Shown piece by piece: positions 26,420-38,709 of a stretch of DNA of 64,000 nucleotides; the first letter of the stretch is position 1, and each line of letters opens with the position of its first letter. Source of the stretch: Callorhinchus milii (lineage: Eukaryota); contig NW_024704742.1 in assembly GCF_018977255.1 (NCBI RefSeq), forward strand, positions 112,036,001 to 112,100,000, read 5' to 3'. A program made the position numbers and the translations under genes. Under the pieces are notes generated by a model that worked only from the letters and a program-made list of their open reading frames with translations, did no database searches and was not told the DNA's origin.

Positions 26420-26550
26420 TTTCCCCCACTGCCCTCCACATTCCCCGACCTGCAGCTCGGGTCCAAAACTCTGTCTGTCCAGCATCTTGGGATGTCCTCC
26501 TGACGTGAAAGGCGCTATACAAATGTAATTTTATTGTTTTTGTTGTTTTA
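26420..26550 (+). mobile_element. L2-type LINE 3' end
   Basis: GCTCGGGTC...CAGCATCTTGGGATGTCCTCCTGACGTGAAAGGCGCTATACAAATG plus (TTG)-rich tail; same family as 52840-53067. Confidence 0.75.
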
Positions 26551-27229
26551 ATCATGTGGCATTTTCTATAGTTGTGGCAGTACTGCTTTATCATCCCAGT
26601 ACTGTTGTGACTCAGGTAATGGTATTTGAGTTGGGGGGGAATGTTATTACATTTTGGCACAGAGCAAAAGGCTTTGATTGAAGTAAAATGTTAAATAATA
26701 CAGACCTTTGGAATTATGGAGAGGCAGAGTGAATAAGAGAGAAAGATGGCACACCTGTATATGGAACCAATTTCTTGATTAAGTTCAGGTTGTTTAATGG
26801 ATGACATGGAACAGAATTTGGAGCAATGCATGTGAGTTCTAATCAATAAAACTATGATGGCATCTTTGAATCATTTTGTTGGCCAATTGGTTTGGGTGCT
26901 GCAGAACTGGTTTGCACTTGGTTCCTTAAAGAGATGTTGTTTGGCAGTAATTAATGTAGATTACAGTTACCATTGGTGATTTTTCAAAAACAAGAAACAG
27001 ACTCTAAAATAAGCAGTCAATTCTGTATATCAACTACTTTCAGTTGTACATTTCTCCTAGTTTTGTTTCCATACATCTATGAAATGGCGAGTTATACTTG
27101 GGTTAGTGCCACAGTCACAACAGCCATCGAGCACTTTATTAAAATGACCATATGAACCAGGACAGTGAAAGGTAGAACTTTGGGAATGCATCACACCCAA
27201 AAATGATCAAATAGTATTCACACGCATGC

Positions 27230-27432
27230 ACTTTCCAGCAGTACCCCGACCAGACAGTGACCAGGAACTGACTGATTTAATTTAGGAAGGCTGAGATTGC
27301 CTTCTTCAACATTTATTGCTGCTCAAATTGAGATTAGTTTATCCAGCAAAGACCAGGGATTAAATTTGAGACCTTTCACGTTTGTAAGGTTCAGGACCAT
27401 GCGATGGAATTGCCCATTGTGTATTGAGGGAC
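27230..27432 (-). mobile_element. degraded SINE head, DeuSINE/SacSINE-like
   Basis: CAGCAAAGACCAGGGATTAAATTTGAGACCTTTC...GGTTCAG resembles the recalled reverse-strand head of shark DeuSINEs; not verified by search. Confidence 0.4.
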
Positions 27433-27612
27433 CTCCAAATTGTATGTTTGAATTTAGAACTGGAATATCTAAAATATCTTTATAATTGTATTTGTCAAAG
27501 GATGCATTAATGAACAGTGCAATAAACAGAGGACACTACACCTCTAGAGATCCATTACATTTGTATTTAAAATTGTGAAAAGTCTAGAAATGTAAGCAAA
27601 ATAATACTAAAT

Positions 27613-27933
27613 ATAATAATCCTTGCATTTGATATAGTGCTTTTCATGTCTTCCAGACGTCTCAAAGCACTTCACAGAATATACTGTAAAGTGAATTGAC
27701 TGTATATTTTGTGGGTGAAATGCGGCAGCTAATTGCACACAGCAGTGTCCCACAAACAGTTGTAGATTGAAGTGACCAATTTTTTTTTTTTTAATTAATT
27801 TATTTATTTTAAGAGGGATTATTATCAGGCATGTGGAGTAAGGAAACTCTCCCAAAGTTTTGCCCTACCGGGAATCGAACCCAGGTCTCTCGGTTGCAAG
27901 GCAAGTTCTCTAACCACTGAGCTCCAGGACTCC
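27613..27933 (-). mobile_element. tRNA-derived SINE with intact head and an internal deletion
   Basis: Minus strand GGAGTCCTGGAGCTCAGTGGTTAGAG (A box) ... GGTTCGATTCC (B box); body and (ATT)n tail shared with the other copies. Confidence 0.92.
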
Positions 27934-29209
27934 ACAAATAAATTCAGTAATTCTTCAAAAATGGTATGATATTTAATTCCATGGCCATTTATGATTTGAA
28001 AGACATGCAATCCATCTATTGTTCGTATAATTTTGAATGTCTACGTTCCTATTGATGATGTAGGCTGAGGGCTGGGATTCCATTAGATGTTTATATTTTA
28101 TGTATAGTCCTGGAGCAGTTGGCAGTTGACACAGTTGGAACAGCATTTCTATTTTCTATTTGGAACTACCCAAGCAGGGGATGGTAGAAATAATACTAAA
28201 CTCCATAGAACAAACCATACCTAGACCCAATGGTTAAATGTTTTGGTGCTATGCAGGAGTTTCAGTAAATTTGGAAAGTGGGAGATCTGAAAAAGAAAAA
28301 CAATCAAGAAACCTGAAGTGATATGTGGATGGTATCTAAATGGAGCATTATTCTGATATCTGAGGTTAAAAGTGAGCAACTTGCATTTTAACGATTTGTG
28401 TGTTAGTGTCGGAATACTTGTGGAGAGGAGTTCTGTTTCTTGCTTCCAATGAATGTCTAAAACTGAGTAACCAAAGCCACAGTCTTGAGTGGCAAACTGC
28501 AAAGAATATTAGGTCAGAGTCATGAGTGGTATAAATATTGACTGCATCACTGGGGCTCAATGTGCATTTTGTTCATGTGTTTCATTTTATTTGATCTTGT
28601 TTGGATTTATTTCTAATTTTTTGTGAAGCTTTCATGAAATTGATAATGGGGCAAGTGGAATGCAGTATACACTGGGCCATTGAGTAGATGGAACATAGGT
28701 ACATTGCAGTATATAGTGGTACATTGTACGTAGGATCTCATGCCAGGAAAAAAAAGAAAATGTTCCAGCTAGGATATTGTTTAATTTATTTTGTACTAGT
28801 GTTGCACACAACAAAGTCAAGACATAATCATGGAGTCTTAAAATATCATATTCTTTAATAAGGTATTCACTAGAAACCCTACCAAACTCTGATAAATCTA
28901 ATCTAGAAGCAGATCGTATCAGAAGCAGATTTTTAGCAAGCTGGTGTGGTGTACTTCTGGACACTAAAAGAATCCCATTTATACAACTCACATTTCTTGT
29001 TAAGAAATCCTATTAAGAAATATTTAATTTAAGACCCCAATGCCTTTTGTCTAATTAGTTAGAAGAACCTTTGCACTGACTTGCTCAACAATCTAATTTA
29101 ATACTGTCAATGAAGGATCCAAGATGTATTTCATTTACAATATTTTAGTTTTTGAGAAAAAATCAGATTTTTTTATCAAGCCATGTAAATTAATATTAAA
29201 ACATTCAAT

Positions 29210-29420
29210 GGTGGTTCAGCATTTCACCTTTGGGGTGTGAATGTAAATCCAGAACAGATTGACAGGGTGAAGTTATCCATTTCTGATGGCTGTTTAAGAT
29301 CCTCAATGAAATGAGTTTGAACAGTTTAATCCCATTTTCTATTAAATTTGGATTATTAAATTCAGATTAACAGCACAGATTAACAACAGACTCTCTTCAC
29401 AATTACCATTGGCACAAACA
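29210..29420 (+). mobile_element. ancient LF-SINE-like relic
   Basis: AGCATTTCACCTTTGG...AATCCAG...TGAAGTTAT..CTGATGGCTGTT...TGAAATGAGTTTG is colinear with the recalled LF-SINE 5' region (AGCCTTTCACCTCTAGG..AATCCAG..CTGACGGCTGTT..TGAAATGAGTTGG). Confidence 0.45.
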
Positions 29421-30384
29421 AGGAAGAACAAATTACTCAGTGTGTTTCATTTATATCATTAAACAAGAAGTTTGATTTTGCAAGATTGGTGAAATAGAGT
29501 TGCAATCTGGAACCAACTGCAGTTTATTATGGATTGATATTGCATTGGTTTTGCATTTAATTCATTCTTAAACGATACTCTAATCCTTTGTACAAGGAAA
29601 TTATAGCCACACAAAAAGTTGTTAAATACTGGTAGATGTGCATTATAGAGAAGGTATTTAATATGGTTTCTGTTTTAGGAAGAGAATTGTAACCACAGTG
29701 TGTGACATGAATAGGTCTTTGTCTGAATTTACATTATTACTGTACATAGACACACAGGATAAGAGACAAAGGAAATAGACCTACACAAGAAGGCAAATTT
29801 ATAACAAATTAGCAACAATATAAACCCTATTTTAGTTTGAATTTCCCCCCAAAATAACTTGATTCACATCTATTGGCAATTTATTCCATCCAACCAGTCT
29901 CTTGGGTGTCTGTTATATTGAGCATTATTGATATTATTACAAATTGTATGATATCACTACTTATGGACTTGACTCATTTTATTTACTGCGACAAATTTGT
30001 GACCAAAGCAATAGCTATTTGTTCTTAATATGTCTTATAGTGGAAACAATGGGGTTATTTTCCCTTTTCTGGAAAATTACCTAATTTGGTGAATGTAATC
30101 CTTGCATTATAAACATGACAACAAGCTCTGTAAATTTTCTGATAGGCAGAAAATTATCCCCAAAATGCTTTCCAATCCCTCACTAAAATTTCTAGAATAA
30201 CAGATGATATATAGTGAAGGGCTAGTATACTTTTCTCCGTATAGTGACAGGGGCCTATCGTACTTTTTTTAATTCCTGTAGCCCAGTGGAATCAGGAGTA
30301 GAGGGGGTTGCAAAAGCTGAACACTCTGACCTGCCAATTTGCAACAAGCAATAACAAGTACCTTATGCACTGATCATATGATAG

Positions 30385-30605
30385 GATCATGAATGTTACA
30401 TCACAAAAACAGACAATTCATTCAGCCCATCAAGTCAATGCGGGTATTTTTCTCAATGTGATGGACCTAATCCAATCCCAGTATTTTCCTTGCTCCCTAT
30501 AATAGTCTTTAATATTCCTCTTTTTCGAACATCTTTCTAATTCCTTTTTAAAATAATTCATTGAACAGTTCCAAAAGACAACTAGTCAAAGGCATCTTTT
30601 GGAAC
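30385..30605 (-). mobile_element. degraded CR1 LINE 3' fragment
   Basis: CATTCAGCCCATCAAGTC...ATCTTTCTAATTCCTTTTTAAA, the typical reverse-strand CR1 3' end; similar to 58405-58560. Confidence 0.55.
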
Positions 30606-31411
30606 TCTTTCAATTATCATCTTACTACATTATCTTACCTTACCTTGAGAGGTACCATTCCACTTTACCTTACCATTTTACTAGTACAATATAATTTCAG
30701 GCAAACACAACAGTTTATTTTTCAAATCAGTTCTCTGTTTTAGCCCTCTTTTTGAAAGTGTTATCAGCACCATAGATTATATTTTTGATGTGGCCAAAAA
30801 TTCAAACTGATGGAATGTAAATGTAAATTACCACACTATGTAGTAACTAAATCTTAATAGCATAGGACACTAATTATTGAGGAAATTGATCATTTGGAAA
30901 TACGTTATTGACCTGTTGTCCATCATTTAAACATAAAAAGATGAATTTACTTGTGTATATGTAATTTCACTTAGTGCTATAGTACAGCTTTAAGCATACA
31001 AAGGTTAACGGACATGGTTACAGTATACAAATTGGAATCCATTTTCGTATTCATTAGTTTGTCTTCAAGATAAATTACCAATAACAACAAATTTCATTTG
31101 TATAACACCTTTCACATACCAATCAAGTAAAGGCATTTAAAAATTAGGAATTGAATCAAATATTTATTTCAATAAAACAAATTTTCTGTTTCTACATGTA
31201 AGATTTTATTACATGATGTAGAATTGCAACATGTTGAACATTTTTCTTACATCACTTGTTGTACCTCATCAGTCATCACTATACTTTGCCATATGTAACC
31301 TCTCTTAGGTTTCCCTTGATGGTACAAAACAGGTCTTCACAAAATGTTCAATAGAATTACCCTTTTATGTATTAGAGTAGCTTGACTTTGTTTCTGGCAG
31401 TAGATAGTGTG

Positions 31412-31691
31412 AATAATAATAATCCTTGCATTTTTGATATAGGGCCTTATCACGTCTTCGAGACGTCTCAAAACGCTTCACAGAATATACTGTAAAGTGA
31501 ATGGAAAATATTTTGTGGGCAAAACGTGGCAGTCTGTTGCACACAGCAGTGACCCACAAACAGTTGTGAGTTGAGTGACCACATTTTTTTTGAGGGTTTA
31601 TTACCCCCAGAAAAGCAATCCATCAATTGACTAACAAGTGGGTTCCTACTTACTGCTGGGTAAACAGAGGCGTGTGTGTGGAATAAGGAAA
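31412..31691 (-). mobile_element. tRNA-derived SINE lacking the tRNA head
   Basis: (AAT)n tail, body and central segment CCCAGAAAAG...GGTAAACAGAGGC shared with the 62970-63347 copy. Confidence 0.9.
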
Positions 31692-31787
31692 CCAAATTGG
31701 CACAACTAATTGTGCACGCAACAAACTGAATGCTAACTGATGGCAGTCGAGAACTTTTAAACATTTTGTTAATGTTAAAAATTTATC

Positions 31788-31856
31788 TAAGGGCACCGAG
31801 AAGCTACCCCACGTAAAGGATGCTATATAAATGCAAGTTGTTGTTTTTGTTGTTGC
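31788..31856 (+). mobile_element. L2/SINE-type 3' tail fragment
   Basis: ACGTAAAGGATGCTATATAAATGCAAG(TTG)n. Confidence 0.55.
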
Positions 31857-34800
31857 AATTGGCTGCATTGTAACCAGGATTATATACTGCAGACAAATGC
31901 ATTCATTCCGTTATAAAACCTGGAGGTTGTTTGAGGAATGAGGCTCAGAATTAAATCAACGTGTCTAAAACTGATTTATGCAGCACCTTTAGTGTTGATT
32001 CAATGAAAACAATGTGTCAAATGGATACTAAAAGTGCAGTATAAATGAGACATAAATCTTGCTCATATTGTATAAAAGTACCTTTTGTGATTGCTCAATC
32101 CAAATTGTATTCTTTTTACAAAATGTTATTTTTATATACACCATTTTTGTTATAATGCATTTTCTCAGTCTTAGAACATCATATATTTCAACAAGTTATT
32201 CTGTTTTGCCTCCCAACTTTTTCATATCATATTCTTTATTGTTTAACAGAACACATCCTATAGGTGGTCTAGGGAAGGCATTAGATTTTGATAAAACAAT
32301 ATCTTCAGTGGCTAAAAACTACCAATGTTTTGGACTAGTTTCTATTTTTGTGTAATCAATATTAATATATTTGATTCTGTGTCTGTCCTTTTGTCTTGTA
32401 CTGATTCATATTAATCTTGTAAACATTTTCGAGCTATTTAGACTCAAATTCTCTGACTGGACTTGGGATGTTTCCAATGGTTGACATTTGTGAACCTGTT
32501 TCACTGTGTATAAACCTTTCTATTGCTTAATATGATGCTGGCATTAACATGTGAAGGTTGAAGTAATATCAAAAGATATTTAAATATTGGTTGGAATCAC
32601 TTTTTAAATAACATTTTCAAATGTATTGGATTGTTGTGCAGAGTAGAATGCCAAGAACAAAGTTACTTACACAATGGTGTTAGGAAGGAGCAGATTGATG
32701 CTGAAGGTTACAGAATTGATGACAATGATTAATTTAACAATATTTCAATATACAGTAGACATTTGTTACCCTACCTGTTTGTGAGAATATTGAAAATCAC
32801 GTAAGGTGTTCATTCCGCTAACATTTTAAAGTAGAGTTTTAAGAGGATAGGAGGAGGTTGCTTAAACGCTTTTGAACAGATTTGCACTTTTCTGTCATAG
32901 AACCAAAACATGTTCTTTCAAGAGCTGTCACTTTAGCTATAAATGCTTGGTGAACAGTCTGATTAGTTCAATATGCTGAATAGGTAATTTCTATTCATTT
33001 TATTTTGCTCACGTGTTTTTGTCGACATAAACGTAATTAGATTTTCTTGATCCTTGACTTTTTGGCATACAATAAGGTATGCATCATAGTTTTATTATTG
33101 TATTCATCAGCTTGGTAAAATATTGCAAAACTATTGAATTATTATTGTTAATATTATTATGTCTAAATTGCAGTTTATGGGTTTGATATATTTTCTTTAT
33201 GCTTAAAAGTTCTAAGACATTACAGTGTATCATTTCTAAATATATATATTTTTAATTGTTCATTTCAGCATTGAAGATCACCAGTAAGATCGTTATTTGC
33301 TGCTAGAATGACCAAACTGGGCATCAGAATTAGTCCTGGAATATGACGGCCTGCATTGCCAATCTAAGGTAACAGTGCCGAAAGCATGAAATATGAAATG
33401 GTGTATGTCCAACTGATTGTATGTTGACAATGTTAGTCCCCAAAATAGTTCCCCATGCCTGCAGCCTGCAGAATAGGTAAAATGGGATTTACAAACACAG
33501 AAGAAAAGGCATTCTATTTTTACAAGGGTTTGGGCGCAAAGTATGCCAACAGAAAACTAAACTGTCCTCTGACCTCTCCTGTGTCCCTGGGTAATGTTTG
33601 CACTGGGACACTTTGTATTAAACCAGTTTATTGATTATGAATCAATTTCAATTGATGTAGTAGTAAAGAATATGTAGTAGGACTGTCACTCCACAGACAT
33701 TACTACAGCATGAAGAGATCAGCCAAGATTGAGGGTGGTTTGGTTTAAGCAATGGGTGTGTTTCTACCTATACTGTAGTAATCTACAAACTTATAAATGT
33801 GATTTGTGGCAGGCTCCTAAGGTAATATAATATTGTGCCTTGAAGAGAACTTCAAGTTAATATAGTAGTCTTTTGCATTGATAGAATATTGCATAATAAC
33901 TAATTTAACTTTATGTTTAAACATTTCTGAATGAGCAATACAATATTTAAGAATAAAGCTACGTAGCAAGAGGGCACTCTCAACTGATACGCCAACCCAT
34001 TTCATAGTGATTTATGCAGAACCTTCTTTCCTTTTATCATGCAGTTTAATTTATCCTGTATCACTATAATACAGGTTCTGCTCTATAGTAAGACGTTGTA
34101 CCTTGTCTGATAATGTTATGGCTAATTTGTTTGTCACAATAAAAATGTATTATTTTGTAACTAAAGCTGTATGAGTAAAATTATGTATTATAACAATTAT
34201 TTTGTAATTTATTGCTGCAATTAATTTATTGAATTTTCAGACTGTAAAGGTATGACATACAACCTTTTTTATTAACAGATAAAATGAAGTCGAGAGGTTT
34301 GTGTTTTGCTCCCTGTGAACAATAACCAGATAAAACATTATTCAACATCCTACATTCGTATTGCGTTTATAATTTACTTAAGTGTGAACATACCTTGCTC
34401 CCTAGCCATACCACATTTAATTTTTTAACATTTGCTTCTTCTGTTAGCTATTACTTTCTGTATTCACTGGAGTGAGGATAATTTCACACACAATAAAAGT
34501 GAATACACCGATAGCCTCATAGTTTCCAATCCATAACATGGAGCAGTAAGAAGTGAACAGATTGTGATTATCAGCATGTATAGTTCAATCATGAATTATA
34601 TCTAGTTTCTACCAATAACGTTACAATACCATCAATTTTAACCACACCCCCTAGAACAAAGGTTATCTGCATAATGAATGCATGCTGTTACTTAGCATAA
34701 ATATGTAGGCTGGAAACAGACCATTGTGATTTTATTGTTTAGAAAAAAACACTCCTACTATCAGCATTCAAACCGTTGCTAAAAATATCCTTTTGTCTAG

Positions 34801-37800
34801 ATTGGATTATTTTTATTTTTGTTTTTATTTTACACAAACCTGACTACAAGGCAGACTCGCAGCCCAGCCATGGTGGAACCAATGGATACAATACCCTGTA
34901 ACAGTATCAATCTGAATTGCAAATGTGCTTGACTGCAAAACCTTTCTTTATTAACTCCACATAAAAATCAAAGCCTGCTGGAAGTGATGCTACCGAGCAT
35001 TATATTTACTGTTGATGTCAGGCTGCTGATAATATATTCATGCAAGAAGGTTAATGTACAATATGAAGAATTAGCTGATGATAGGATCGTAGAAGGTATG
35101 GTCTTACCTACCATTCCATCTCTGCTACATCACTCATGTGTTTAAGAAACAAAATGACAATTTGATTACAAGTATAAAATGCTCAAAATCAAACTCTTGG
35201 TTTGATTTTGTTAGCGGGTTTGTTCAACCTTTGTTAGGTTGGCTTGATTTTGATATCTGGACTGCTAACATTGTGATTTCTTTTTGCTAACTCGTAGCTT
35301 TGAGTACAACACATATACAGCATTGTATTATACTAAATGTTTTCGCAAACAGCAATTCTAAAACCTGCAAAGCATTTGAATTATTGCTTAAATGTTAACC
35401 CCCCAAATGTTCCTTTTTCTTCCAGTAATGGAATTGTTTGCATTGGAAAGGGAAATATCTGTTACGATACAATACTGCAAACATGAAAAGACAGAACCTT
35501 CAGCCTGTCATAACTTAACCATTAATCATCCTATCTTCCAGAGCAATTAAAAATAAATTCAGGTTTAAACCCAGATTTGGTAGGCCTCTATTATTCAGAT
35601 ATATGAACAATCTAAACAATAGACTGCCATGGCGTGTTCATTTAAAAGCAAGCTGAAGTGTGGAAATATGGAATATATTATATTGATATTTGCCTGTTAA
35701 ATCTTGATTTATCAAACATCTTATTGAAGATTCCCATAAGAATATAGATATGACAGTAATGCAAAACACAGAAATCCACTTGCACATGAGATTTGCAATA
35801 TGGGAAACTGTAAATAAATCCATGAATATCAAACAGCACAGGTCGTAAGAATATATATTTTACGAATGTAATGCATTTCTTTAGAAAACCGGAAGACCAA
35901 AGCAAGTTGTAAGATATGGTACTTCGAACATTGGAAGCATTTTTAGACAAAGATTAAAGAAAATCATATAATTATGATGGCTTAGAGCTACCACCGCACA
36001 CCAAATATTGTTAGGACTATGCATTTGTATGTCGAATAGATGCTCATAATGAGATCAATAATTTATGAATTGTGCATCTTATTAACATCTGTGTATGCTG
36101 CATTAGTACATTCATAGTTTTTGTAATATTCACTCATAAGGAAAATGTGTCTAATGTAATTCGGCTACTGGAAATATTTTTAGAGCAATGTAGAGACAAT
36201 ATGTTGATACCTTACTAGTTTGCTTGATATGTTTAATCTACAATAGATGTCGTACAGAAACAAATGCTTTGTTATTTGTTCCCTTCGTATGGTTATAGTT
36301 TTTCTGCATCAAATGTCAAGTTAATTTGTAGGGTGCTTTCTACAATATGTTACCTTGGTATGTGGTTTTGTCTGTAGTGCATATGCAGCTGAGACCAAGA
36401 CCAGAGATGGGGGAGGGGCAGAAAGAGAGCCGATAACACACAGTTCAGTGTCTGTAAATTGGCTGCGTCTATGATGGCGGGTTGAGGTAAACCTCTGGCA
36501 GGCACTTATTTGCATGCTGCAGCATATAGCGGATTAGGCTGAACTGATTTTCATAGAGGATTTAGGCCTGACATTTATTATTCGGTTCACAGACCTCCCA
36601 AAGGAAAGTTTGTTTTTTCTCTTGTAGATAAAATATGGTAAGATAGAATATGCCTGCTTTAGGAGGTTCGGTAAATAAATATCTGCAACATGTTTCTTTG
36701 GGTTATTTTTAATATATATTATTATTAAGGGAACTTACTTAAAAGATGATTGCATTTCAAAATTTCTGACTGTTTTCATTTCATCACCCAATTATTTTCC
36801 ACCTGCCATTTAATCAAAATGGTATGAAAATGAATTTATTGCTGGTCATTGCTGAGATACTTGCTTTTAATTATTTTCAAAACACTTGTTCTGATGCTTT
36901 TGTTATGAAATTTCTTCAATTACATCTTTCTTTTTCTTGTACTTTTTAATATTAAAGAGAATATATTTTAGCAACCAAGGATAAAGAAAAATCTTCATTG
37001 TGTAATGTACGTCTACATTTTTTGTATGAATGCATATTGGGATTGTGACGTGAACTGTTAAAAGATATTCAGTCACCATCATTTTCTATTTATTTTAATT
37101 TCTTGAATTGCCATTTAATTAAACAGTTGTGTCTGTTGGACCCAACAACTTAAAAATAGATTATAACTCAGCGCAAATCTAATAAAGAATGAAAAAAAGT
37201 ATCGGTCAAAAAGAAACTTACTTTCAAAGTTTGTTTATTCGAATGAATGGATTCCATTAAAGAATCACGTGTTGTGTAACTGTAATAGAATTCTATGCTG
37301 AGTCTGATGATCCTTTCATCTTATAGCTATTTGTGAAGAGTTGCCATCCAACATGATTCTTAGTATAATTCACTGGGACAGAAACAAGAGTATTGTTAGC
37401 TCAAATGTTTATTGACTGTATATAGCACAGGACCAGCTGGTAGTTTGGATAAAGATTGACCTGTATATTAAGACTGACCACTTGAGGAGAACTGCTGGTA
37501 CAAGTTTATGCACTCTGTTTAAGAGAGTGTATTTGAAGATGCGGAGAGATGATGCAAGACCAGGCTACTATTGGATTTATATTTAAATACAAGTAAAGGA
37601 TTACAGAATATAGTCATTTAAGTCTGACCCATCCAATTTAACAGCAAATGTCCCTTATTTACATTTTATTTTAGTATTGCTTCCACAACACATAAGGTCA
37701 GCAGGAATATAATTGCTCCCACATATCTTCGATGGAATTTATGGAAAGTGCAGCCCTTTTCAGTGAAACATAACATTTTAAATTGTTCTGCACAATCTAT

Positions 37801-38312
37801 CCAATGTCACAATTTCCAAGAATTCTCAACCATAGGTAAAATTATTGGGTTTCAAAAATGTGATTTATTCCTCAAAATAACTAGGGATTTAGTGTTGTTT
37901 GGCCAAGTCAAATTTCATATGCATTCCTATTTGCATAGATGTACATACAAGCAACACAGTTTTGCTAATTTCTTATAATGATTGTGCTGTATAACTTATC
38001 AATAGTGTATGTACTAAAACAATTCCTCTAAAATCCAAATAACAAACAGAAATTGACGTGAATGAAGACGCATTTGTTGTCTCAGGAGTCTATAAGATGT
38101 GTATAAAAGGGGTCTATCAATATTAGAATAATAGAGACAATCAGTGCAACTCTATTTAAGTGAAAGTACATGAAATGTCTACTACAACTGAGNAAAAAAA
38201 CCTTTGTCCTGTTGATTAGTAAAACTCTATTAAATTTACTGAACATTTCATCTGTGCATATGGATCCCACATTATAGGATCTGTATTTAATTTTTATTCT
38301 ATATTGCACATT

Positions 38313-38433
38313 TGAGCTATTTAATCATTTACAACTCATGTTTTATAACCTATACTTCAACTTTATGAGAAAGATTAAAGACAGAAATAGGTTATAAAAC
38401 TTGAGCTTACCTTGTAAACATTGAAACAGCTCA
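38313..38433. repeat. imperfect long inverted repeat (MITE/Eulor-like palindrome)
   Basis: CTCATGTTTTATAACCTAT (38335-38353) pairs 18/19 with ATAGGTTATAAAACTTGAG (38387-38405); outer arms TGAGCTATTTAATCATTTACA and TGTAAACATTGAAACAGCTCA also pair. Confidence 0.75.
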
Positions 38434-38623
38434 TTCGAGAGTAAAATACATTTCCTTGGTGGGAGTTAACTTATTACATATTTAAGATGCCTTTCTCTTT
38501 TAGATAAATTGAATTAAATGTGTGTATTATACTTCATTGAAGTGCTCTGTTTAATGGGAGTTTAACTCTTTAAATGCTAATCATTGCCTGTCAGCCTTTT
38601 TAACGATCAGTTCTTCTTCAAAA

Positions 38624-38709
38624 TATAGGGATGAAAAATGTGAAATTTCATAGCAGATTCAATGTGATTAGATCTGATCTGCTATCAAACATCATATTTT
38701 CACCTCATA
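38624..38709. other. imperfect ~33-35 bp stem-loop
   Basis: TATAGGGATGAAAAATGTGAAATTTCATAGCAGAT / 18-nt loop / ATCTGCTATCAAACATCATATTTTCACCTCATA. Confidence 0.65.

Noticed and set aside
27862..27933. tRNA-Ala-like sequence with A and B boxes (also 63275-63347)
   Set aside because: It is the SINE head, directly joined to the SINE body; no proper acceptor stem.
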